From the human T2T-CHM13v2.0 reference genome, Homo sapiens, in NCBI RefSeq assembly GCF_009914755.1, contig NC_060930.1: a DNA stretch of 64,000 nt, one strand, 5' to 3'. Under the pieces are notes generated by a model that was given only the letters and a program-made list of their open reading frames with translations, was not told where the DNA came from and did no database searches. The position numbers and the translations under genes are program-made. Numbering within the stretch: position 1 is the first letter of the stretch; each line of letters starts with the position of its first letter. Positions 50,330 through 64,000 of the stretch are shown here, in pieces.

Positions 50330-50793
50330 TACAAGCATATTATCTTTCATTTCTGGAGGTCAGAAATCTGAAAATGGGTCCTATGGGGCTAAAGTCAAGG
50401 TGCCAGCAGGGCTAGTTCCTTCTGGAGGCTCTATGGGAGAATCTATTTCTGCCTTTTCCAGGTTCTAGAGGTTTCCCATATTCTCTGGTTTGTGGCTCCT
50501 TCCTCCATCTTCAAAGCTAGCAGCATAACCTCTTCAAATCATCTCCCTGTCTGACCCCTGCTTCTATCATCACATCTTGTCTGATTCTGGCTCTCCTGCT
50601 TCCCTCTTTCCCTTATAAGTACTCTTATGTGGTGTGAGTACTCTTATATGGCCCAACTAAGTAATCCTGAATAATTTTTCCATCTGAAGATTCCTAAGCA
50701 CATATGCAAAGGCCCCTTTGACATGGAAGGCAATATACACAGGTTTTGGGGCATAGTGTATGGACATCTTTGGAAGTCTACTATTCTGTCACA
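50330..50793 (-). mobile_element. MLT1C/D MaLR LTR
   Basis: tctggaggtcagaaatctgaaa...gttccttctggaggctctatgggagaatc. Confidence 0.8.
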
Positions 50794-51614
50794 GCAAGGT
50801 CCCTGAGAGGGAGAACAGAGAGTGCAGTGGAACAGTATGATGATCTCTACAATGCACCATTCAGTGGAAGCAAGGAGCTTGAAGCCAGACGGGGTTGTGA
50901 GAATGTGCCTTTCACAGTTTTTGAGTAGTGCAATGATATAATAATATCTGTGCTTTAGGAAGATAGTTTTGTGATAATATATAAGATGAATTATAGCATA
51001 AAATAAATATCAAAATAGTTAAATAACAGCTCAAGAGAACAATAGGTATGTCACAAAGTAGTACATGATTAATTGCTAAAAGAACTCTACAGACAATAAT
51101 TACTCTTATAATTTTTTAAAGTAAATTAGGATAATGATGATTAGTGAAACTGCTCTAAAGAGGCCAAGGACATGAATTTGATTTTTTTTTTTTGTGGGTC
51201 AGAATATTCCGGGTGTTAAACACTTAATCACAACTAATTATTTTGCAATTGGAAGGATGGAAGAGGTACAAAGAAAATCAAGAAAGAAAGGTAGAGTAGT
51301 ACTAACATTTCATCTGCACTAAAACAATTTCAATGTTTATGTCCTTCTGATGATAGATTAGTACTTTATATATTAAAGATGGTATTTTACTCATATAATT
51401 AGGCAAAATTAGGTTTTATAAAATGCATACATTTGTGACAAGTACATTCAATTTTTAAAATCATAGGCATGCTTCTAAATATTTGTGTAAATGAAATTCA
51501 TGTAAATTTCCTAATATTTCAAATATATCTTTTAGAAACTATATAAAAAAGAGTATGCAATTTTATTTCCTAAAAACAAAATTTATATGGAAATTAGGAT
51601 TATAACACAAAGTT

Positions 51615-54600
51615 TTCTTTTTTTCTATTTTTTAAAAACTTTTATTTTAGGTGCAAAAGGCCATGTGCAGTTTTGTTATACAGGTACATTGCATGTCATT
51701 GGTATTTGGTGTACAGATTATTTCATTACCTAAGTAGCAAGTGTAGTATTCAATAGGTAGTTTCTCAATCCTTACCCTCCTTCCACCCCGTACCCTCAAG
51801 TAGGTCCTGGTATCTATTGTTCCCTTCTTTGTGTCCATGTGTACTCAATGTTTAGCTCCCACTTATAAGTGAGAGCTTGTGATATTTGGTTTTCTGTTCC
51901 TGCATTAGTTCACTTAGGATAATGGCCATCAGCTTCAGCCATATGGCTCCAAAGGACATGATCTCATTGTTGTGTAGTATTCCATGGTGCATATGTACCA
52001 CCAATTGTTGTGCATTTAGGTTGATTCCATGTCTCTGCCATTGTGAATAGTGCTGTGAGGAACACAGACGTGCATGTGTCTTTATGGTAGAATGACTGAT
52101 ATTCCTTTGGGCATATATCCAATAAAGGGATTGCTGGGTTGAACGGTATTTCTGTTTTAAGTTTTTTAAAGAATTGCCACACTGCTTTTCACAATGACTA
52201 AACTAATTTACACCCTAACCAACAGTGTATGAACATTCTCTTTTCTCTGCAACTTCACCAGCATCTGTTATTTTTTTGACTTTTTAGTAATAGCCATTCT
52301 GACTGGTGTGAGATGGTATCTAACTGTGGTTTTGATTTGCATTTCTGTAATGATTAGTGATAATGAACATTATTTCATATGCTTGTTGGCCACATGTATG
52401 TCTTCTTTTGAAAAGTATCTGTTCATGTCCTTTGCCGACTTTTTAATGGGATTTTGGTTGGCATTAACTGGTTAGTTTAAGTTCCTTATAGATTCTGGAT
52501 ATTAGACCTTTGTTAGATGTATAGTTTGCAAATATCTTCTATTCTTTAGGTTGTCTGTGTACTCTGAAAATACATTATTTTTTAGCAGAAACTCTTTGGT
52601 TGAATTACATCCCATTTGTCAATTTTTGTTTTTGTTGCAATTGCTTTTGGTGTCTTCATCGTGAAATCTTTCCAGGGCCTACATCTAGATAATATTGCCT
52701 AGGTTATCTTTCAGGATTTTTATAGTTTTAGGTTTTACACTTAAGTCTTTAATCCATCTTGAGTTGATTTTCATATATGGTGTAAGGAAAGGATCCAGTT
52801 TCAATATGATGTTGGCTGTGGGTTTGTCATATATGGCTCTTATTATTTTGAGGTATGTTCCCTTAATGCCTAGTTGGGTGATCTTGGTACTGATTTCAAT
52901 TTTTATTTTGCTGTGGTCCAAGAGTGTGGTTGGTAGGATTTTGCTTATTTTTAATTTGCTGCAAATTGTTTTATGACCAATGGTGTGGTCAGTTTTAAAG
53001 TATGTGCCATGTGCCGATAAGAATAATGTATATTCTGTTGTTTTGGGGTGGCGATTTCTGTTGGTCTCTGTTAGGTTCATTTGGTTAAGTGTCAAGTTAA
53101 GGTCCTGAGTATCTTTGTTAGTTTTCTACCTCAATGATCTGTCTAATTCTGTCAGTGGGGTGTGGGAATCTCCCACTATTATTGTGCAGGAGTCTCAGTC
53201 TCTTTGAAGGTCTCTAAGAACTTGTTTTATGAATCTGGATGCTCCTGTGTTGGACACATATGTATTTAAGATAGTTCGGCCTTCTTGTTGAATTGAACCC
53301 TCTGCTAACGTGTAATGCTCTTCTTTGTCTTTTTTGATCATTGTTGGTTTAAAGTCTGTTTTGTTTGAAATTAGAATAGCAACCCCTGCTTTTTTCTGTT
53401 TTCTATTTGCTTGGTAAATTTTTCTCCAGCCCTTTACTTTGAGACTATGGGTGTCACTGCATGTGAAATGGGTGTCTTGAAGACAGCATACTATTAGGTA
53501 TTGCTTCTTCATCCAAGTTGCGACTCAGTGCCTTTTAATTGGGGCATTTATTCCATTTACATTCAAGGTTCATATGAATGTATGCATATTTGATCCACTC
53601 ATTGTATTGTTAGCTGGTTATTATGCAGATTTGATTGTGTATGTACTTTATAGAGTCAATAGTCAATGTACTTAGCATATTTTTGTGATGGCCAGTAACA
53701 GTCTTTCCTTTCCATATTTTGCAGTCCCTCAAGGACCTCTTGTAAAGCAGGTATGGTGGTAACAAATTCCTTGCTTATCTGAAAAGGATCTTATTTCTCT
53801 TTTGCTTATAAAGCTAGTTTGGCTAGCTATAAAATTATTAGCTGGAATTTCTTTAAGAATGCTGAATATAGGCTCCCTAATGTCTTCTGGCTTTTTAGGC
53901 TTCTGCTGAAAATTTCATTGTTAGCCTGATAGGGTTGCTTTATTAGGTGATCTGCCTCTTATCTCTAGCTGCATTTAACATTTTTTCTTTCATTTTGACC
54001 TTGGAGAATCTGATTACTATGTGTTTTGGAGATGGTCATCTTGTATAGTATCTTAGGTTCTCAGCATTTTCTGAATTTAAATGTTTCCTCTCTAGTGAGG
54101 TTGGGGAAATTTTCATGGATGATATCTTCAAATATATTTGCCAAGTCGCTTGCTTTCTCTCTCTCTTTTAGGGATGCCAGTGAGTCATAGATTTGGTCTC
54201 TTTACATAATTTTACATTTCTCAGAGGCTTTATTTATTCTTCTTTCTTCTTTTTTCTTTTCTTTTTGTCTGAATGAGTTATTTCAGAGAATTGTTCTTCA
54301 AGGTCTGAGATTCCTTTCTTAGCTTGGTTGATTCTGTTGTTAATACTTGTGATTGTATTCTGAAATTCTTTAAGTTTGTTTTTCAGCTCTGTTGTATCAG
54401 TTTAGTTGTTTCTTAAAGTGACCATTTTGTCTTTCAGCTCCTGTATCATTTTATCATATTTCTTAGATTCCTTGGATTGGGTTTTGACTTCTTCCTGAAG
54501 TTCAATGATCTTCATTCCTATCCATATTCTGAATTCGATGTTTGTCATTTCAGCCATTTCAGGCTGATTAAGACCATCACTGGGGAACTAGTGCAGTCGT

Positions 54601-55150
54601 TGGAAGGCAAGAGGACACTCTGGCGTTTTGAGTTGCCAGAGTTCTTGCACTGGTTCTTTCTCATCTGTGTGGGCTGATGCTCTTTCAGTGTTTGCATTCA
54701 CTGTCCTTTAGATGGGTTTTATCACTTTTATCTTCTTTGATTCCCTTCATTTGATTCCCTTGGGTTTGATTGGGTATAGGGTGGGTTTAGTCAATTGGCT
54801 TAGTTTCTGGAAGATTTTAACGGGCCAAGGCTCAGCTCAGCACTGCTGGGCTATGTGCTATAACTCTGGGGGGCCTGGTACCAGCCCCCACCAGAGTTAT
54901 AGCACATAGCCCAGAAGTACCCCGGTACCCCCTGGTACCAAGCCTTTGTTCTCTGGCCCCTCAAGTTTAGAAACCTGCTGTGCTGGAGGGACTGAGGTAT
55001 TCCTGGTCCACTCACCGCAACTCTCCGATGGGTGGCACTGGCCAAAGTGCTTCATCAGGGCAGTGTCAGCAGGATCTGTGCTCACTCATGCACGCCTGCA
55101 GACATGGCAGTACTGAGGACTGCACACGTGTTGGCTGGGGCAGGGCACCA
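51615..55150 (-). mobile_element. Old L1 (L1PA15-16/L1PB-like) spanning 5' region to 3' UTR, with two large internal deletions
   Basis: 3' UTR at 51640-51850, EN peptide 53195-53512, ORF1 remnants ~53700-54700, deletion junctions near 52805 and 52875. Confidence 0.85.
54846..54914. repeat. 69-bp near-perfect inverted repeat
   Basis: 24-bp arms ctgggctatgtgctataactctgg / ccagagttatagcacatagcccag are exact reverse complements, centred on ggtacc. Confidence 0.95.
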
Positions 55151-55224
55151 GTAGGGCTACAACATTTTCTTGATGAGCATACATCTAGAGCAAGAAGAAT
55201 TAGAAGACCTGTGTTGTAATATAT

Positions 55225-55410
55225 AGAATATGGACTTTGGAATCTAACAGTGGATCTGAGTTTGAGCTCTGCTTTTTATTAGTTGTGTGGCTTTAGGTAA
55301 TTTAACTTCTCTGAGTCTCTAGTTCTGTTTTATAAAATAGATATAATAATGCCTACTTTTAGGATTGTTTTGAAGAGTAGAGATTGTATATGTATTGTTG
55401 GTACGTTACA
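55225..55410. mobile_element. MIR
   Basis: ggactttggaatct...ttagttgtgtggctttaggtaatttaacttctctgagtctc. Confidence 0.75.
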
Positions 55411-56081
55411 AATGGTACTTTTTTCAGAATCTATTTCCTAGGGAAACAAATGGTATTTTTGTTAGCTATTATCCTGATTCACATGTTCAACATCAGTAAC
55501 CTAATATAACTATCACTTTAACAGGGATATACCTGGTATTAGGACCAGCTTTAAAATGTGATTACAGGTTTTCCCTTTCTTTTGTCTCTTCTGTTGTTGC
55601 TATTAGGGTATCAGCTATCTGTCCAATTTTCTTTTCTTCATTGGTAACCTATCTTTTCTTTCTGGTTTCTAAGTGTAAATTACAAATGTTACATAGGTAA
55701 CCTGAACATTTACAAGTGTCATGGCTTTAACATGGTGAAAATAAACCAGTTGCCGATAAATGTACATGGATATCTTATGGACACAGAAAATATTTTCCCT
55801 GAGTCATTATAGAAAAGCATATATTGAACAAAGTTCTCAATATTTACCTTTCTAACTACCCTAAAATGGGCCTTCATCCTCCATCAGTATATTCCCTTAC
55901 TCTCATTTAGAGTTTTTAAATTGGACCAACTGTTTCTTGACATTGAATTTTATATATATATATATATATATTCTGTTTTCTGCCCAAAATGTTAGCTGTT
56001 CATGGAACTGCTTCACAGTGCACCACCACACCAACCATCTTGGATTTTTTTGTATCTTTATTCAAAATAACTTTTCTCAGT

Positions 56082-56458
56082 GTACTACTTTACTAGGGCT
56101 GCCATAACAAAATACCACAGAATGGGTGCCTTAAATGACAAAAATTAATTTTCTCTAAGTTCTGAAGGCTAGAAGTCCAAGAATGAGGTGTTGAGAAGTG
56201 TGATTTTTCCTGAGGCCTCTCTCCTTGCCTTGCAGATGGCTTCCTTCTCACTGTGTCTTCACAAAGCCATTGTGCATGCACATGCCTGGTTTCTCTTTCT
56301 CTTGTAAAAACACCAGTCATATTGGATTTGCATATCCTAAAGTCATATTTTAACAATTACCCCTTAAAGGCCCTATCTCTAAATATAGTCACATGTGAGG
56401 TACTAAAGTCAGGGCTTCAACATATGAATTTGAAGGGGTGAGGCATGTTTCAGTCAAT
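56082..56458 (-). mobile_element. MLT1A MaLR LTR
   Basis: tagggctgccataacaaaataccacaga...gggcttcaacatatgaattt. Confidence 0.85.
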
Positions 56459-56667
56459 AAACTAAACAAGGGGGTCTGATTGGCTTAGTTTAAGCCTCTA
56501 GCCATATAAGTAAGAAGAGTACTGAGGAAACAGGAACCCAGAAAACAGTAGAATAGGTTGAAGGTATTTTAAAAGCCTAATAGTTACCATGTGTTCCCTG
56601 AGGAGGAATTAAAAGGCAGCTATCCTATGTTGCTAGTTAACTGCAGAGATGGAACGTCTAGTTTTAG

Positions 56668-57080
56668 GTATTTTGTTTATTGTGGCAAAAAGCCCATAAC
56701 AAAATTTACCATCATAAACATTTTAAGTATATAGTACAGTACCATTAACTATATTCCCACTGTTGTGCAACAGGCCTCTAAGACCATGTTTTTTTTTTTT
56801 TTCCTTTTTTTTAATGGCTCCTTGTAGAGCAGGGCTAACGCATAGGCAGTATGACCAGAGTCAGCCTAGAACATTTTTTATCTTGTAAAACTAAAACTCT
56901 ATACCTCTGAGCAACAACTCCCCTTCTCTTCCTCTGCTCAGCCCCTGGCGACCACCGTTCTACTTTCAGTTCTGAGAGTTTGAGTACTTTCGATACCTCA
57001 CGTAAGTGACATCATGTAGCATTTGTCTTTTTGTAACTAGCTTATTTCACTTAGCATCATATCCTCAGTATTATAGCATA
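56668..57080 (-). mobile_element. L1MA/MB 3' end
   Basis: aaaatttaccatcataaacattttaagtatatagt...gcccctggcgaccaccgttctacttt. Confidence 0.8.
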
Positions 57081-57540
57081 GGTTTTTTAAAGGCCAAATA
57101 ATTAGTTTCAGATATTTTTATAAAGGCAACAAAATATTTGCTCACCTTACTTCATATTTCATGTACATCATTTTTTGAATTTGTTTCTCTTCTTACTCAA
57201 GTATTCAAAATTGTTTTCAAAGTATGCCTTAGCGTAGCAAGTACTGTGTTATTAACCACATACCAAATAGTGTCTCTGTTTTTGTGTTTTCATGAAACTT
57301 GATACTGGATTTACTTTAGGATTTCTTTTCTTCCTTCCTTTCTCACTCCCTTTCTCCCTCCCATTTTTCCTTCCTTTCTTTATTGTATGTTTATTGGGTG
57401 TCTGCCTTGTATCAGCTATATGGTAATAATTGAGAATTCAAGAGAAAATCTAGAGCAGCAAAGCTTCTGAGATATTACATATTTGAGAGTACTTTATTAT
57501 GTCTTCACATTTTAATAGCAATATGGAAAATTATAGATTT

Positions 57541-57820
57541 TTTCTTTTTTTTCGACGGCGCCTTGCTCTGTCGCCCAGGCTGGAGTGCAGTGGCTCACTG
57601 CAAGCTCTGCCTCCAGGTTCATGCCATTCTCCTGCCTCAGCCTCCCGAGTAGCTGGGACTACAGGTGCCCGCCACCACGCCTGGCTAATTTTTTGTATTT
57701 TCAGTGGAGACGGGGTTTCACCGTGTTAGCCAGGATGGTCTCGATCTCCTGACCTCGTGATCCACCCGCCTCAGCCTCCCAAAATGCTGGGATTATAGGC
57801 ATGAGCCACCACGCCCGACC
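57541..57820 (-). mobile_element. AluY
   Basis: gttagccaggatggtctcgatctcctgacctcgtgatcc; TSD atggaaaatt(a/c)tagatttt at 57523 and 57821; small internal deletion. Confidence 0.95.
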
Positions 57821-57839
57821 ATGGAAAATTCTAGATTTT

Positions 57840-58990
57840 AAGTTCTTCAGTATTTTGAAGACTGCTCTATTGTATGCTTATATTGCTATTGAAAAATCTC
57901 AAGTCAGTGTAATTCTATTTTTTTTGTATGTGATCTGTTCTTTCTCCTTGTAAATAACAAAAGAGGTTCTCTTTATCTTGTATATTCATAAATGCCACTG
58001 TAATGTGTCTCAGGGTGGGTTTTATCTTTATTTCTATGCTGGCATTTTTTCGGCCTTTTCAATCTAAAGTATTTTACATTTAAAACAATTCTGGAAAATA
58101 TAACTTCATTCTTTCTTTAATTATTTCCTTCTATTCAAGGGCTTTGAGAGATGGTCAAGTAAATAGTGAGAAGTCATTGACCCTCACTCTTGGAATATTG
58201 TATTCACATGGTTCAATTTTATAGGCTAGATTTCCTTTTCCTTAAATTCAATCATACAGTGTGATTCTGTAATGAATAATAATGTAAATACTTTCTATTA
58301 GCTTTCAGTTTTCAGAATCAACTATAGGCAAAAAAATGAAAGAACTAATCATTGTTAGAGAATAAAATGCAAATTCTATAATCATCGGCAGTAAAATAAT
58401 AGTGTATCTGACTGAAATTGGGAGGTGGAAGGAGGAAGGAGATGTGGAATGAGGTACAGAAGAACTAATTCTTTCATATTTGTAGTAAAGAGTTAGAAAG
58501 TGCTATTTAAAGTTTAAAAAAATAAGTTCGAGATGGTGCATATGCTATTTACCATGACCTGATCACTGTACATTATAATGTATCAAAACACTACTGTGTA
58601 CCTTATGTATATGCACAATTATTTGTCAATTTAAAAAATAAAATTAAAAAAACCTGAAGAAACAAAAAAGTTAAAAATCAAGTTAAAATTATGTTTATGC
58701 ATATTACTTGAAGTTTGAGAGTAATCTAACCAAAATAATAATGCAATAAAGATTGAATGGGGAGCGGAGAGTGTCAGAGGAAATGAACTAATTTTTTTAT
58801 CTTTTCTGGTAAGGAGGACAGCTGATAAAATAAATAGAAGTGTAAAGATTTAAGCATACTGTTTGTAGTCATAAAGATAACCTCAAGAAGAACTAAATCC
58901 GGAAATAGTAATAATATGGTTATATATGAGGGGTAAAATTGGGCTTGGGAGACAAGAAGAAAGGCTTGTTTTTCATTTTAAACTCTTCTA
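57840..58990. mobile_element. Highly degraded L1ME-type fragments
   Basis: ttgctattgaaaaatctcaagtcagtgtaattc (antisense ORF1-like) and A-rich sense 3' remnants. Confidence 0.45.
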
Positions 58991-59012
58991 TACTTTTAAA
59001 AGATTTGTTTCT

Positions 59013-59328
<316 letters not shown>

Positions 59329-61666
59329 TTATGTATCTATTACTCTTATGACACAAATAAAATAAAAATTTTTTTTTTAAAAGAAATTTCTGTCAGTCTG
59401 GAGAAAGATAAACATCGTTATCTTCAGAATATTTGTCATGTTGTAGTTCTATATCCACATCCTTAAAATATCTGATTATCTTCAGATTACCCATTGTCTA
59501 ATCATAACAGAAGGCTTATTACTATTTTTGAAAAAAAGAATACTAGATTCATTTGCTCAATTAGGTTAGGGTTTTGTGAACATTTGTACTTTCTATCCAA
59601 CCTATGGGTCTTAGTTTAAATTTTCCATCTGAATTGCCCTGGAGTGTTACCATGAGGGACAGTTATGAAAGTTCAAAAATAAAATTTAATAGATCTTTAT
59701 ATTTTGAAACTTCAAATAATAGTAGTGGGGATTTATTTTCAAGTGCCTTCTGTTAGGATATTTACTTTTACGTTGGCTTCTTTTGCAATTTATCTTTTTT
59801 CATAGTGACTATTCAGTGCATTTACTTCTCGTAGCAGCACTCGTCTAGACATACTTAAAACTAATTGCCTGAGTCCGGAGGTGAACAGTTTTTCTGTTCT
59901 ATTTGTCCTTGTTCCAGCGAATGAATGTTAGATTGTTGTTTTTTAAGATAGTCCCTAGTCAGCAGGTTAATATGCTTAGGATAGTACTGATCCAAGTGTT
60001 TCCTTGGACTAATATTAAAGTAGAATGAATTTTCGAAGACTATTTTTGTCATTAAGAGCTGAAGCAATTTACATAAAGGAAGAAAATAACACAGGATTGT
60101 AAAATTCAAATAACGAATCATATGTGTACATAGTTATTTTCTCTCTAATCCTGAATTCCATTCCTTATTGTTTCCTGATAGTGCTTATGATGATTTATGT
60201 TTGTACTTATATTTTGGGCTAAGGCATTTAAATTAAATCACCAAAGAAAGGAGAAAGAATATTTGAAGACCATTACCTTCATATCTCAAATCTCAAATTA
60301 TTCTACTGCTATAAGTCAAATTCACTCAAATCTTTGAGTATCAAAAGGCTACTCTATGTCCAGTTTAATGCAAAGTATTATGGGCAAAACAAAAAAAAAT
60401 AGTAGTTCCTGTCCTTGGAATGTGAGCTATCTAGCTGTGGAGACAGCATTCAGAGAAATAAACAAATGCAAGATAATAATTTGCAATATAATACCTATAT
60501 TTCAGTGTTGAAAATGTACATATTCTAACAATGCCGAAATGACAAATATCAAGATGAATCAAAATTGTACAACTTGGTGATGGGCAAAGCATTTTTATCT
60601 CAGGCTTAAAGAGATTATAAGGTTTAGATTAATTATTGAGAAGGAAATGTGCATCCTGGAGAAAGCAAGAATTTGGACATGTGGAAAGAGAATGACTTCT
60701 TACTTGCTGTTTAGAGTACATGGTGGTGCAAACACAGTTGTGTAATTAGCAGCTTTTGTGTGTGTGTGTTGAAAACTCATGGGCCCTACTTTTGTATGAT
60801 ATGCTGAAATGATGGTGATGGGTGATTGTAAGTTCCCTTATGTTTCCTTTCTGTTATCCCTGGTCCTTCAATAAAGATATGTTACAAATTTCCGTTTCCT
60901 CTTTAGCTACAGAGCTGGGATGATGCGCTATGGGGAATTAAAGAGAAGTATCTATCTAATCTTTATGACAGACAATCAATGGGCAGGATTTGTTCTTCTG
61001 AGGCCAGATGGTGGTATTGGAAGCAGCCACTGAACAAAGACAGTTATGGTCAGTGGTAGGACAATTGGTGGAGGGTTGTTAGCACAAAGGTAACAGTGCC
61101 AGGCTGAGGAAGAAGCTGATGCTAGAACATGAGAGCACATGGAAAGGAGTACTTGGTGACATTATCAGAAATCACTCAGGCACAGTTTGAAAGGGAGCTG
61201 CTTTCTAACAATAAATCCAGCAGAGCCTCATTCCAACGTATTTTGGGCCACATTTGTGAACATCATTTATTATTCTGCAGGTTTCCTTTGTATCCCTGCT
61301 TGCTTTATTTTCCCACAACAAATAGGAAAGCTATTAGGTGTCTCAGGTCCCAGTGATATTCTGAGGAGTGGTTAGTATTTTGAATTTTGGGGATAGAAAA
61401 TATTAACTAGAATTAATATTTGAATTAATACATTAGTTAACTAATATATTCTTAAACATGAGAATAGTAGCAAGGGCTCAGATGCCCATCTACACAATGA
61501 GAAGATTAGACAAAACAACCTCTAATTTTCTTTCTTATAAAAATCTTAGCCTACCCTCACTTAGCCATATATGTTTTCCATCCATCCTCCAATGCTAAGG
61601 CAAGATCTTTGATTCACTATATCTGTCTGCTCTGTATTCCCAAACTCAACTTTAAAAACGTATTCA

Positions 61667-61958
<292 letters not shown>

Positions 61959-62084
61959 GTGTATTCACATGAAGCTGGAAATTAAGTCACTTAACTCAGT
62001 TCTCTGGGAGAACATGCTGATTTGAGCTTGCTATTCTTAATCTTTGTGTTAAAATGATTAATACAAATCAAGATTTACTTTCTG

Positions 62085-64000
<1,916 letters not shown>

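Noticed and set aside
60055-60121. Shared ILCY motif between the 60.1-kb ORF N-terminus and the 38.65-kb signal-like segment as evidence of paralogy
   Set aside because: A four-residue match in AT-rich codons with no further similarity; most likely chance

Overview
Primate (human-like) genomic DNA, mostly interspersed repeats, with no intact known protein-coding gene that I can recognise. There is a CpG-island promoter at ~2.75-3.53 kb with splice donors on both strands (host gene not identified). A full-length processed pseudogene of MAPK1IP1L lies at 11336-12960, with poly(A) and a 15-bp TSD. A complete two-LTR ERV1/MER4-group provirus (probably MER61-like) at 14087-21530 carries four Alus and a 5'-inverted L1. 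A full-length minus-strand L1PA spans ~30030-36180, and there are many L1, Alu, MaLR, MIR, L2 and DNA-transposon fragments. Repeat subfamily names come from my recollection of consensus sequences and most boundaries are approximate. The most intriguing non-repeat signal is at 38.6-39.3 kb: phase-compatible short exons that splice into a small secreted prepro-peptide (signal-like segment, RNKR furin site, 22-aa peptide followed by Gly-stop) but carry apparent inactivating lesions. This is an inferred candidate unitary pseudogene and needs comparative genomics. Other oddities are a 69-nt fold-back hairpin at 54846-54914, an old L1 with two frame-preserving ~1-kb deletions, and a CpG-retaining unique ORF at ~59.8-60.1 kb.
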